Positions 18,030 through 27,452 of a stretch of 64,000 nt of DNA are shown piece by piece. The stretch's first letter is position 1. Every line of letters begins with the position of its first letter. The notes under the pieces are model-generated. The model was not told the DNA's origin. It worked only from the letters and a program-made list of their open reading frames with translations, and did no database searches. The DNA is taken from contig CAXBMW010000002.1 in assembly GCA_963977025.1 (NCBI GenBank), positions 57,641 through 121,640 on the forward strand. The letters run 5' to 3'. The translations under genes were made by a program, and so were the position numbers. This stretch comes from an uncultured Balneolaceae bacterium (GTDB lineage Bacteria; Bacteroidota; Rhodothermia; Balneolales; Balneolaceae).

Positions 18030-18806
18030 ATGTTTAAAACGTTAGGGCTTCTTTTTATATTTTCTGTGTTGATAGCTCAAGTTTCGGTAGCTCAAGAAAG
18101 TCAATCAACATCAAGATTCGCTAAATGGCTAGTAAACGATCCCATTTTAGCAGTAAAAGAATTTAGGGCAAACCAATTAGTAACTTTGGGTATTGCTGGC
18201 TTTGGGGTGGGCACACTTACTAATGTTGATGTTCCAAATAGTATGTATTTTCAAAGTACTTATAAAGACTCAGAATACTTGAATGTAGTTAATGAGTTTG
18301 GAACCTTTAAAATAGTAGCACCAGCTTCAGCAGCGTTATTCGGACTTTCTCTATTAAGTCCGAATCAGAAATTCCAAGATGCTGCGTTCACATCTTTCCA
18401 GGCAGTGCTTAATACTGCTGTTACTGTAAACGCGGCAAAGTTTATGTTTGCCCGTTCTCGTCCTTATCAAAAAGATGGAGCATTCGACTTCGACTATTTT
18501 GAACAAGGGGAAACTTCATTTCCCTCAGGGCATGCTTCCACAGCTTTTGCCCTGATAACTCCATGGGTAGCATATTATCCAAAGCCAATCACATATAGTT
18601 TATTCTTAATACCGATAAGTACTTCTGTAGCTCGAATTGCTAAAGGAAAGCATTGGCTTTCTGATGTAACAGCCGGCGCCCTTATTGGAACATACTGGGG
18701 TTACTATTTGTCAAAAAAACACATGAACTTAAATAAACCCAATTTCGAGATTACACCGATGTTCCAAGGCGGTGGTGGTGGGGTAAATATTAAAGTGAAG
18801 TTATAA
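18030..18806 (+). CDS. PAP2-family phosphatase (secreted or membrane associated)
   Basis: All three PAP2 motifs are present: KFMFARSRP, FPSGHAS and ARIAKGKHWLSDV. It has an N-terminal signal peptide. Confidence 0.85.
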   Translation: MFKTLGLLFIFSVLIAQVSVAQESQSTSRFAKWLVNDPILAVKEFRANQLVTLGIAGFGVGTLTNVDVPNSMYFQSTYKDSEYLNVVNEFGTFKIVAPASAALFGLSLLSPNQKFQDAAFTSFQAVLNTAVTVNAAKFMFARSRPYQKDGAFDFDYFEQGETSFPSGHASTAFALITPWVAYYPKPITYSLFLIPISTSVARIAKGKHWLSDVTAGALIGTYWGYYLSKKHMNLNKPNFEITPMFQGGGGGVNIKVKL

Positions 18807-18893
18807 ATAGTTAGTCACTACTATTCAGTGAGTCAATCAGTTTAGGTGTTTGTTGATTCCTAATTCCTTCCTCAAAAAATAAGCTTCCCAAAA

Positions 18894-18923
18894 TTCACAT
18901 ATCGTTCACAATTGGAATTTACA
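18894..18923 (+). promoter_or_regulatory. Direct repeats TTCACA / TTCACA / TTTACA upstream of the nos cluster
   Basis: TTCACA occurs at 18894-18899 and 18905-18910 (11-bp spacing), and TTTACA at 18918-18923. The repeats lie 45-75 nt upstream of the cytochrome c start (18968). One-helical-turn spacing is typical of response-regulator sites. Confidence 0.2.
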
Positions 18924-18967
18924 TTAAGACAAAGTAGTCTTATAACTTAAATAAAAATGAACGAGCT

Positions 18968-19429
18968 ATGAAAAAAATAAAGCTAACAGCGCTTCTTACG
19001 GTATTGATATTAGTTGTTGGATGTGGCGGTGGGGAGCCTCAATCAGCAAAAAAGAATGCTCCTAAAGTTGAAAAAGATGGATTAAGTGCCTTTCAACTTG
19101 AACACGGAATAGGCCCTATCACTGAAGTAATTACAATTTCTGGAACGGATACAGCTGCGATTGAAAAAGGGGAAAATATTTTTGTAATGAATTGCTCTGC
19201 TTGCCACAAAGTAGATGAGCGTTATATCGGGCCTGCCATGATGGATGTTATTGAACGTCGTTCGCCTACATATATGATGAATATGATGCTTAACCCAGAT
19301 GAAATGGTGAAGAAGCATCCTGAGGGTAAAAAAATGCTGGCTGAATTTTTAGCTCCTATGCCTAATCAAAATCTATCGCAAGAAGATGCTCGCGCTGTAG
19401 TAGAATATCTGGTATCGCTTAAAAAATAG
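18968..19429 (+). CDS. Mono-haem c-type cytochrome lipoprotein, probable electron donor to NosZ
   Basis: Has a lipobox (LILVVGCGGG), a single haem motif CSACH and a distal Met-rich region (TYMMNMMLNPDEM). It lies directly upstream of nosZ. Confidence 0.85.
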   Translation: MKKIKLTALLTVLILVVGCGGGEPQSAKKNAPKVEKDGLSAFQLEHGIGPITEVITISGTDTAAIEKGENIFVMNCSACHKVDERYIGPAMMDVIERRSPTYMMNMMLNPDEMVKKHPEGKKMLAEFLAPMPNQNLSQEDARAVVEYLVSLKK

Positions 19430-19470
19430 TATTGAACTAACTACGTCATCCCAAACAAACACATACAATT

Positions 19471-21426
19471 ATGAAAACAAAAACATTAAGAATAGCAATA
19501 AACAGTTTTATTGTACTTTTTCTTGGGGTTTCACTGTTTGCGTGTAATTCAAATTCTGAATTAGCATCAAACAACGAGGCCGCGCAGAAAGTATATGTAG
19601 CACCTGGCGAATACGATGAATTCTACGGATTCCTGTCAGGCGGATATAATGGACAGCTTGGAGTATACGGTATACCATCTGGCCGACACATCTATACTAT
19701 TCCTGTTTTTTCACAAGCACCAGTTAATGGTTACGGGTACAACGAAGAAACTAAAGCAATGCTTGAAACTTCATACGGTTTTGTGCCTTGGGGCGATGCT
19801 CACCATCCAGAACTTTCCCAAACAGATGGTGTTGCTGATGGCCGTTTTATTTTCATCAACGAAAATAATACACCACGAGTTGCTAAAATTGATTTGAAGC
19901 TCTTTCAGACAACAGAAATCATAGAGATTCCTAACTCTGGTGGCAACCATGCATCTCCATTTGTAACTCAGAACACTGAGTATATTTCTGCAGCCACACG
20001 TTTCAGTATTCCAATGAACGATGAAGACGTTGCTATCAATTCTTATGCAGAAAATTTTAAAGGAACACTTTCCTTTATAAAATTACAGGACAATGGATCT
20101 ATGAAGTTAGATTTCCAGATTCTTGTACCTGGTTTTGATTACGATTTATCGCATTCAGGTAAAGGCCCTTCTCATGGTTGGTCATTCTTTACGAGCTATA
20201 ATAGTGAACAAGCACATACCTTGTTAGAAATCAATGCATCCAAAAATGACAAAGATTTTATAGCTGCGGTAAACTGGAAAAAAGCTGCCGAATATGCAGC
20301 TGCAGGAAAGGGTAAAATCATCAAAGCAAAATACAATCATAATTATTTTGATGAAGAAACGCACATGGCAAAAAGTGAAGTACTTACCGAAGTTCGTGTG
20401 TTGGATCCAACAGAATTGGAAGGTATTATTTATTACTTGCCTACTCCAAAGTCACCACATGGTGTAGATGTTACTCCCGATGGAAAACTCATTGTTGCTG
20501 GTGGTAAACTTTCTACTGTAATACCTGTTCACTCTTTCGAGAAAATGATAAACGCGATTGAGAACAAAGAATTTGAAGGTGAAGTATCTGGTATTCCTGT
20601 TCTTAAATATGAATCCATTCTAGCAGGTGAAGTTGAAAACCCAGGTCTTGGGCCATTGCATACTGAGTTCGATGGAAAAGGAAATGCGTACACCACTGCA
20701 TTCATCACTTCTGAAATCGTGAAATGGAGCCTAGAAACTTTTGAGGTGTTGGATAGAATTGACACCTATTATTCTCCTGGTCACCTTATGATTCCAGGGG
20801 GAGATACTCGTAATCCAGATGGCAAATATCTAGTAGCATTAAACAAAATTACCAAAGATCGCTACCTACCTACAGGTCCTGAAATGTTCCACTCGGCTCA
20901 GTTAATAGATATTTCTGGCGACAAAATGAAGCTCCTGCTTGATTTCCCTACAGAAGGCGAACCGCATTATGCGCAAGCTATTAAAGCCGATATTTTGATG
21001 AAAGACCAAGTAAGGTTCTTTAAGCTGGATGAAAACAAACACCCTTATGCTGCTAAGAATGAATCTGAAACTAAAGTCATTCGCGAAGGCAAAGAGGTTC
21101 ATATTTATATGACATCCATTCGTAGCCACTTTACGCCAGACAATATTGAAGGCATAGAAGTGGGAGATAAGGTGTATTTCCACGTAACTAACTTGGAGCA
21201 AGATTGGGACGTTCCTCACGGATTTACAGTGAGAGGCGCTAACACTGCAGAGTTGCTAATTATGCCAGGTGAAACCAGAACGTTAGTATGGGAGCCTAAA
21301 AAAGCTGGTGTTTCTCCATTCTACTGTACCGATTTCTGTTCTGCTCTACACCAAGAAATGCAAGGTTATGTTCGAGTATCTGAACCAGGTTCTAAAACGC
21401 CAATAAAATACTCAACAGGCAAATAG
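19471..21426 (+). CDS. nosZ: Nitrous-oxide reductase, clade II (Sec-type) NosZ
   Basis: The C-terminal CuA site CTDFCSALHQEM matches C-x3-C-x3-H-x2-M. His-rich propeller blades are present (DAHHP, GGNHASP, SPHGVD, EPHYAQ). The N-terminus MKTKTLRIAINSFIVLFLGVSLFAC has no twin-arginine motif. Confidence 0.95.
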   Translation: MKTKTLRIAINSFIVLFLGVSLFACNSNSELASNNEAAQKVYVAPGEYDEFYGFLSGGYNGQLGVYGIPSGRHIYTIPVFSQAPVNGYGYNEETKAMLETSYGFVPWGDAHHPELSQTDGVADGRFIFINENNTPRVAKIDLKLFQTTEIIEIPNSGGNHASPFVTQNTEYISAATRFSIPMNDEDVAINSYAENFKGTLSFIKLQDNGSMKLDFQILVPGFDYDLSHSGKGPSHGWSFFTSYNSEQAHTLLEINASKNDKDFIAAVNWKKAAEYAAAGKGKIIKAKYNHNYFDEETHMAKSEVLTEVRVLDPTELEGIIYYLPTPKSPHGVDVTPDGKLIVAGGKLSTVIPVHSFEKMINAIENKEFEGEVSGIPVLKYESILAGEVENPGLGPLHTEFDGKGNAYTTAFITSEIVKWSLETFEVLDRIDTYYSPGHLMIPGGDTRNPDGKYLVALNKITKDRYLPTGPEMFHSAQLIDISGDKMKLLLDFPTEGEPHYAQAIKADILMKDQVRFFKLDENKHPYAAKNESETKVIREGKEVHIYMTSIRSHFTPDNIEGIEVGDKVYFHVTNLEQDWDVPHGFTVRGANTAELLIMPGETRTLVWEPKKAGVSPFYCTDFCSALHQEMQGYVRVSEPGSKTPIKYSTGK

Positions 21427-21440
21427 ATTGTTCATTCATT

Positions 21441-21472
21441 CTGGCGAGATTTGAACGTTTCGCCAGTTTCTT
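21441..21472 (+). terminator. Intrinsic terminator or attenuator immediately after nosZ
   Basis: The 7-bp stem ctggcga (21441-21447) / tcgccag (21460-21466) is followed by tttctt. It starts 15 nt after the nosZ stop and lies before the accessory genes. Confidence 0.55.
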
Positions 21473-21495
21473 AATCACAAATAAATAACAGAACC

Positions 21496-22080
21496 ATGAA
21501 AAAGCAGAATATGATTCTAATGGGAGTGGCTTCACTCATTTTAGGTTTGGTTTATATTTTTCCGATTTGGAGTATCAGCTTAAGTGCACCACAGTATCCA
21601 GAAGGTATTGGGCTTAATATTCGAATCAATACCATTGAAGGTAAAAAGCCTCAAGATCTGCAGAATATAAATGGTTTGAATCATTATATCGGAATGCAGA
21701 AAATTGAGCCAGAATCCATTCCTGAGCTTAAAATAATGCCGTTCTTATTTGCATTTTTGATTATGTATGGGCTGCTGATTGCGATGTTTGGCAATAGGAA
21801 GTGGGTGATGGCTTGGCTGGTATTCTTTGGAATACTTGCTGTGGTTGGGCTGATAGATTTCTATTTGTGGGAATATGATTATGGCCACAACTTACATCCT
21901 GACGCACCGATTAAAGTGCCAGGGATGAGCTACCAACCTCCACTTATTGGGACCAAACAACTTCTAAATATGCGAACTACATCAATGCCGCATATTGGCT
22001 TTATAGTTGCCATTATTTCGATTGGACTAAGTGGTTTAGTGTGGTGGCGAGAACGACCTGAGAAAACGATAGAAATCTAA
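21496..22080 (+). CDS. nosB: Four-TM integral membrane protein, NosB-like (clade II specific)
   Basis: It has four hydrophobic helices (ILMGVASLILGLVYIFPIW, IMPFLFAFLIMYGLLIAMF, WVMAWLVFFGILAVVGLIDFYLW, IGFIVAIISIGLSGLVWW). Its position directly after nosZ is as described for atypical nos clusters. Confidence 0.6.
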   Translation: MKKQNMILMGVASLILGLVYIFPIWSISLSAPQYPEGIGLNIRINTIEGKKPQDLQNINGLNHYIGMQKIEPESIPELKIMPFLFAFLIMYGLLIAMFGNRKWVMAWLVFFGILAVVGLIDFYLWEYDYGHNLHPDAPIKVPGMSYQPPLIGTKQLLNMRTTSMPHIGFIVAIISIGLSGLVWWRERPEKTIEI

Positions 22081-22091
22081 AAGGATAAGTG

Positions 22092-22574
22092 ATGTATTAC
22101 ATGAATCGAGTCATAAAATTCAGCATTGCAATAGTAGCCATCATGGTATTTGGTATTGCTTGTTCAAACGAGCCACAAGAAATTCATTATGGAAATGATG
22201 AATGTGCACATTGTAAAATGGCAATTATGGACTCTAAATTCGCTGCAGAGTTAATAAATGAAAAAGGAAAAGCGTATAAATTTGATTCTGTTGAATGTCT
22301 TTCTTCCTTTTTAAAAGTGAAAGGTACAAACGACGGAGAAACTCTGTGGGTAAGCGATTTCAGCTCTTCAACTTGGGTAAATACTAAAGAAGCCGTGTTT
22401 GTGAAAAGCGAGGTTATAAAATCGCCAATGGGAATGGGTTTGCTGGCTTTTAATTCACTAGAGAAAGCAAAAGCTCATTTGAGTACCTATAACGGTACGA
22501 TAGTTAGCTGGGATGAACTTTCCTCATTTGAGATGAAAGGGCACTCTTCCACAATGCCCATGATGAAGCATTGA
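22092..22574 (+). CDS. nosL: Copper chaperone lipoprotein NosL
   Basis: Has a lipobox (VFGIACS), the Cu-binding motif CAHCKM and conserved FDSVECL. I prefer the ATG at 22092 over the GTG at 22089 in the ORF track. Confidence 0.85.
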   Translation: MYYMNRVIKFSIAIVAIMVFGIACSNEPQEIHYGNDECAHCKMAIMDSKFAAELINEKGKAYKFDSVECLSSFLKVKGTNDGETLWVSDFSSSTWVNTKEAVFVKSEVIKSPMGMGLLAFNSLEKAKAHLSTYNGTIVSWDELSSFEMKGHSSTMPMMKH

Positions 22575-22591
22575 AAATTTTAGGAGATAAG

Positions 22592-23848
22592 ATGGTCCAA
22601 AACATTCGCAAAATATCAGTTCATGTCGTGCTATTCCTTACTTGGATGGTTCTTGGTGGCACTACAAGTGCTCAACAATGGATCGTGTCTCCGAATGGAG
22701 ATCTTACATCCATTAAGGAAACTATTAATAAAGCTAGTACCGGCGATACGCTGATTATCTCAGAAGGAGTTTATTTCGAGTCTGACATTGTCATCAATAA
22801 ACCGCTAACAGTTTTAGGGGAAGGAAAGGCTGTTATTGACGGACAGAAAAATGGCTTTGTAATGATTGTTCGATCAGATGACGTGACTCTAAAAGGATTT
22901 GAAATTCATCACGCAGGAACAAGCTTTATTGAAGATTATGCAGGGTTGCTTGTCGAAAAGTCCAACAATGTTCGCCTTGAAAATCTTAAGCTAGTAGATA
23001 ATTTTTTTGGAATTTATGTAGCTCAATCCTCAAATGTACTCATCAAAAATAATGAACTAACAGCTTCTGGTTTGAAGGAAACTTCTTCAGGAAATGGAGT
23101 TCACCTTTGGTATAGCAAAAATGTATACATCGAAAATAATTCGGTAATAGGGCATAGAGATGGCTTCTACTTTGAGTTTGTAGAAGAAGTGAAGGTGGTT
23201 AACAACCTAAGCCGCAACAATTTAAGGTATGGTCTGCATTTTATGTTCTCGAATAATTGTAGCTACACACATAATACAATCAGCAATAATGGTGCAGGTG
23301 TAGCAGTGATGTACACTTCCAAGGTTGAAATATCTCAAAATATATTTACTGATAATTGGGGCTCAGCTGCTTACGGGCTGTTACTTAAAGAAATTAATGA
23401 AAGTGAAATTATTGGAAACACATTCACAAGTAATTCGGTGGGATTATACATGGAATCATCAAACCGAAATAAGATTCTCAATAATGCATTTCAGCAGAAC
23501 GGATGGGCTATTAAGCTGATGTCCAATTCGATGGATAATATCTTTTCTGACAATAATTTTTTCGAGAATACTTTTGAAGTTGCTACCAATTCTAAACAAA
23601 ATTTCAATCTTTTTGAGGGGAACTACTGGAGCCATTACGAAGGCTATGATTTGGATAGAGATGGCTTTGGCGATGTTCCCCACAGGCCAGTACGTCTATT
23701 TTCGGTAATTGTACAGAAGCATCCACAATCGTTGATTCTACTGAGAAGTACACTTATTGATTTGCTCGATATGTCCGAGAAATTTCTCCCCATAATTACA
23801 CCAGATAAATTAATTGACGCCAAACCAAGAATGAAGGAAACGTTATGA
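22592..23848 (+). CDS. nosD: Periplasmic beta-helix protein NosD
   Basis: Has a signal peptide (VVLFLTWMVLGGTTSAQQ). Parallel beta-helix repeats follow (NNELTASG, NNSVIGHRDGFYF, NNLSRNNLRYGLHFMFS, HNTISNNGAGVAVMYT). The ATG at 22592 leaves 17 nt after the nosL stop. The track start at 22571 is a TTG. Confidence 0.9.
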   Translation: MVQNIRKISVHVVLFLTWMVLGGTTSAQQWIVSPNGDLTSIKETINKASTGDTLIISEGVYFESDIVINKPLTVLGEGKAVIDGQKNGFVMIVRSDDVTLKGFEIHHAGTSFIEDYAGLLVEKSNNVRLENLKLVDNFFGIYVAQSSNVLIKNNELTASGLKETSSGNGVHLWYSKNVYIENNSVIGHRDGFYFEFVEEVKVVNNLSRNNLRYGLHFMFSNNCSYTHNTISNNGAGVAVMYTSKVEISQNIFTDNWGSAAYGLLLKEINESEIIGNTFTSNSVGLYMESSNRNKILNNAFQQNGWAIKLMSNSMDNIFSDNNFFENTFEVATNSKQNFNLFEGNYWSHYEGYDLDRDGFGDVPHRPVRLFSVIVQKHPQSLILLRSTLIDLLDMSEKFLPIITPDKLIDAKPRMKETL

Positions 23849-24555
23849 TTCGTATTCAGAATTTGAATAAATCTTTTGGTGCCTTAGATGTATTGAAAGA
23901 TGTGAACTTGGAAATTATGCCAGGCACAACAACAGGTGTAGTAGGGCCAAATGGTTCAGGAAAAACCACACTTATCAAATGCTTGCTTGGCCTAGTTCGT
24001 CCTGATTCTGGCTCAATGTTTATAGACGGAGTAGCTGTTTCGAAAAACGATGAGTATAGAAAAGAAATTGGCTATATGCCTCAAGTAGGCAGGTATCCCG
24101 AAAACATGAAAGTTTATGAGTTGATTCGTCTTATTGAAGATATTCGAGATAACAAAGAGAACAAGTCGAAAGAACTCATAGAATACTTTGGGTTAGAGAC
24201 ACACCTTGAAGCTAAACTTAGAAACCTTTCGGGTGGAACTCGCCAAAAAGTAAGTGCAGTACTTACGTTAATGTATAATCCCAAACTTTTGATTTTTGAT
24301 GAACCTACAGCAGGTTTAGATCCTCAGGCTAGTATTCGATTCAAAAACCTGGTTAAAGATGAAAAAAACGCTGGGAAAACCATCCTTCTCACCACTCATA
24401 TAACCAGTGAAATTGAAGAGCTGGCAGATAACATCATTTTTATTGTAGAAGGCAAAGTGCATTATCACGGACCGCTTAAAAACCTTTTGATTTCAAAAAA
24501 TACGGAACGTCTAGAAGGTGCTGTAGCACAGCTAATGGAGGAGGCAGCCGCATGA
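23845..24555 (+). CDS. nosF: ABC ATPase NosF
   Basis: Has Walker A GPNGSGKTT, the signature LSGGTRQK and Walker B LLIFDEP. An ATGA overlap joins it to nosD. Confidence 0.9.
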   Translation: MIRIQNLNKSFGALDVLKDVNLEIMPGTTTGVVGPNGSGKTTLIKCLLGLVRPDSGSMFIDGVAVSKNDEYRKEIGYMPQVGRYPENMKVYELIRLIEDIRDNKENKSKELIEYFGLETHLEAKLRNLSGGTRQKVSAVLTLMYNPKLLIFDEPTAGLDPQASIRFKNLVKDEKNAGKTILLTTHITSEIEELADNIIFIVEGKVHYHGPLKNLLISKNTERLEGAVAQLMEEAAA

Positions 24556-25343
24556 AAACTCTAACAATTCTTAAATACCAGTGGAAGGATTTAATAAGAG
24601 CAAAATGGCTAATAGGCTATGCTTTGGTCTATTTCTTAATTGCAGATGCTCTTATCCGTTTTGGAGGAACAGGACCTAAAGCATTGCTAAGCATTTCAAA
24701 TGTGATGCTTCTGTTTGTTCCACTAGTTAGTATGGTTTATGGAGCTTTACACTTATACCAATCAAGAGAATTTACAGAGCTACTACTTTCTCAGCCCATC
24801 AAACGGAGCAACCTTTTTTGGGGACTTTATGGCGGAATTGTTGGTCCACTTAGTACGGCGTATTTAATTGGCGTAGGAATTCCATTGCTCATTAACGGAC
24901 AATTTCAAGATGTAGGAAGTTTAGAAGCATTTCTTATTCTAGGGTTGGGCGTTATTCTTACTATTCTTTTTACAGCTTTGGGATTTGCTCTAGGCTTAAA
25001 ATTCTTCGAAGATCGTCTAAAAGGCTTGGGGTTTGCTCTTATCTCCTGGTTCTTTCTAGCCATTTTATTTGATGGATTGGTACTACTATTTGTTGTGATG
25101 TTAGGCGATTACCCCATCGAGAAACCAATGCTTTTTCTAGCCCTCTCTAATCCCATAGATTTAGCACGCATTATTATACTGCTCAAATTCGATGTTTCAG
25201 CGCTAATGGGTTATACAGGCTCAATTTTCAATCGATTTTTTGGAAGCTCATTTGGAATTATCGCAGCTACAAGCTTTTTGATTCTTTGGATTATAGCTCC
25301 GTTATGGCGTGGTGTTAAATTATTTTCCAGAAAAGATTTTTGA
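24552..25343 (+). CDS. nosY: ABC-2 type permease NosY
   Basis: It is a six-TM hydrophobic protein. An ATGA overlap joins it to nosF, giving the canonical nosDFY order. Confidence 0.85.
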   Translation: MKTLTILKYQWKDLIRAKWLIGYALVYFLIADALIRFGGTGPKALLSISNVMLLFVPLVSMVYGALHLYQSREFTELLLSQPIKRSNLFWGLYGGIVGPLSTAYLIGVGIPLLINGQFQDVGSLEAFLILGLGVILTILFTALGFALGLKFFEDRLKGLGFALISWFFLAILFDGLVLLFVVMLGDYPIEKPMLFLALSNPIDLARIIILLKFDVSALMGYTGSIFNRFFGSSFGIIAATSFLILWIIAPLWRGVKLFSRKDF

Positions 25344-25426
25344 TGTTATAAAGTCAAAGAAGCTACTTCATTTTTTCTTCATGATGAGTTACTACACTTT
25401 AGTTCAATTAATATTTTATTAGATTT

Positions 25427-27226
25427 ATGTTTTTATCTCCACACTTATTTTCAATTCCCGTAATGGGAACAGGTCACTCTATTGATTCTCCCATAAGAGT
25501 AGCCCCATTTGGTATCAATTCTGTAATTTCAGTAGTAGATGATTTGTTAATTGAGCGCATCCGTAAATACTACTGTACGCTATATAATTTCGAATTTGTT
25601 AGTATTCCTAAAAAAGAGGAAGACGGACGAGCCAAACGTATAACGGCGTATCTAGAAGTAGTTAAGAAGATTGTAGAGTTAAAATTTGAGGAGGTAAAAG
25701 CCGAGCTATTCTTTCAGGCAAATAACAAAGCCAAATATTTCGAGATGTTGCCGGATGAGAGTCCGCTAAAAAAGGCCTATGTCCATTTGTTAGAAATGAG
25801 AGAAGGTAAAGATAGAGATTGGTTTGCTCGCGAATTAACAGAGCAAATGGTTCCTGGTTCTATTGATGTGAATATTATGGCGAAAGTAGATTTACTTTCA
25901 ACAACAAAAGATGGAGAAGAGCAGTCTTCCATATTTAGTGATGCTTGCTCTGCTTTAAGAGGATATGCAAACAGTTCCCTTTCGTCCTCAATAATTCTTT
26001 CCGCAGGATTTAATCCACGTCTGTATAACTATATTCCTGAGTTCAAAGATTTTTATAGAGACAAAACTGGCGAGATAAAAAAGAAAATTATACTCAAAGT
26101 AAGTGACTTTAGATCAGCTCTTATACAAGGGAAATATCTGGCTAAAAAAGGGTTAGAAGTTTTTGAATATCGCATAGAGTCGGGCTTAAATTGTGGTGGA
26201 CACGCATTTGCGTCAGATGGATATTTGTTGCCTAGTTTATTGAAAGAGTTCAAGGAGAAGAAGGAGCAGCTAGTTGAGTCAATTAAGCCAATAATTGAAA
26301 AGTACTACGAGTCGTTGGGGCAAGAATTTCAGCCAGAATGGTTTGCAGAGCCCCGTGTAACAGTTCAAGGCGGAATTGGCACTTTTGGTGAGTCTAAGCG
26401 CTTACAGCAAGAATATGGAATGAATGGAACAGGTTGGGGAACACCTTTCTTAATGGTTCCGGAAGCAACTACGGTAGATGACGAAACACGTAAAATTCTT
26501 GCCGAAGCACAAGAGGAAGATGTGTACTTAAGTAACGTATCTCCCTTGGGTGTTCCATTTAATAACGTGAGAAATACAGGTTCAGAACGTTGGCATAAAG
26601 AACGCATTGCAAAAGGAAAGCCTGGTTCACCTTGCCCCAAAGGTTTTTTGAAATCGAACACCGAATTTACAGAAGAGCCAATTTGTGTGGCTTCAACTGA
26701 ATATCAGTTGCTAAAAATTGACGCCATTAAAAATGATGCCGTTTTAGAAGAAAAAGCCAAAACACAAATGATTGATAAAGTGCTTGAGAAAGCTTGTTTA
26801 TGCGATCATCTAGGAAATGGCATTCTGATAGAGTTGGGAGTGGTTAAAGAAACACGAGGGCAACAAGCTATTTGTCCTGGCCCAAATATAGCGTGGTTTA
26901 ATCGCGACTATTCCCTTAAAGAGATGGTAAATCATATTTATGGAAAAACGGAGGCATTAGTAAGCTCAAAAAGGCCTCACATGTTTGCCAAAGAGATGGT
27001 GATGTATGTTGACTATCTGGAAGGTATGATTTCAAAAAGCACGGATTTAAAGGCCGATTTAAGAAAGTTCAAATCCTATATATCTCACTTAGAAGAAGGG
27101 ATGGTACTCTGTAACGAAATTGGTACTACTAAAGCTTATAAAGATGAGAATTTAGGGTCACTTTCTATAGTTGCGCTAGATCAATATACCCGTTTAGAGG
27201 CCATAAAAGAAAGTATTGGGCTGTAG
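25427..27226 (+). CDS. Conserved-looking cytoplasmic protein of unknown function (possible FMN/TIM-barrel-like core plus Cys-rich C-terminal region)
   Basis: A 599-aa uninterrupted ORF with no signal peptide or TM segment. Motifs IPVMGTGHS, ESGLNCGGHAF and VQGGIGT loosely recall NMO/IMPDH-type FMN TIM barrels. Cysteines cluster in SPCPKG, PICVAS, ACLCDH and AICPGP. I cannot assign a family. Confidence 0.7.
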   Translation: MFLSPHLFSIPVMGTGHSIDSPIRVAPFGINSVISVVDDLLIERIRKYYCTLYNFEFVSIPKKEEDGRAKRITAYLEVVKKIVELKFEEVKAELFFQANNKAKYFEMLPDESPLKKAYVHLLEMREGKDRDWFARELTEQMVPGSIDVNIMAKVDLLSTTKDGEEQSSIFSDACSALRGYANSSLSSSIILSAGFNPRLYNYIPEFKDFYRDKTGEIKKKIILKVSDFRSALIQGKYLAKKGLEVFEYRIESGLNCGGHAFASDGYLLPSLLKEFKEKKEQLVESIKPIIEKYYESLGQEFQPEWFAEPRVTVQGGIGTFGESKRLQQEYGMNGTGWGTPFLMVPEATTVDDETRKILAEAQEEDVYLSNVSPLGVPFNNVRNTGSERWHKERIAKGKPGSPCPKGFLKSNTEFTEEPICVASTEYQLLKIDAIKNDAVLEEKAKTQMIDKVLEKACLCDHLGNGILIELGVVKETRGQQAICPGPNIAWFNRDYSLKEMVNHIYGKTEALVSSKRPHMFAKEMVMYVDYLEGMISKSTDLKADLRKFKSYISHLEEGMVLCNEIGTTKAYKDENLGSLSIVALDQYTRLEAIKESIGL

Positions 27227-27452
27227 CGTTTAACGTTGGGGCTTGAGAATGAATCCAATTATAGCCAAATGCAATTAGCTGCTTTAAATTAGGAATTTAT
27301 AGACGTTAAATATACTTAGACTATAATAGTGTCTGTTAACTTATTTGTGGCTTATATTTATGAGGTTAGGAATAAACGGATAATTTAATGTTCTAATTGT
27401 ACTTTCTCTTGCCGATGGTTTATAATAGAGAAAGACACGATTAGGGTATTTT

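Noticed and set aside
19616-19897. 93-aa same-strand alternative-frame ORF inside nosZ
   Set aside because: It lies entirely within the conserved NosZ propeller region, and its translation has no recognisable features. ORFs 23325..23519, 36463..36687, 42350..42565 and 58919..59245 were treated the same way.
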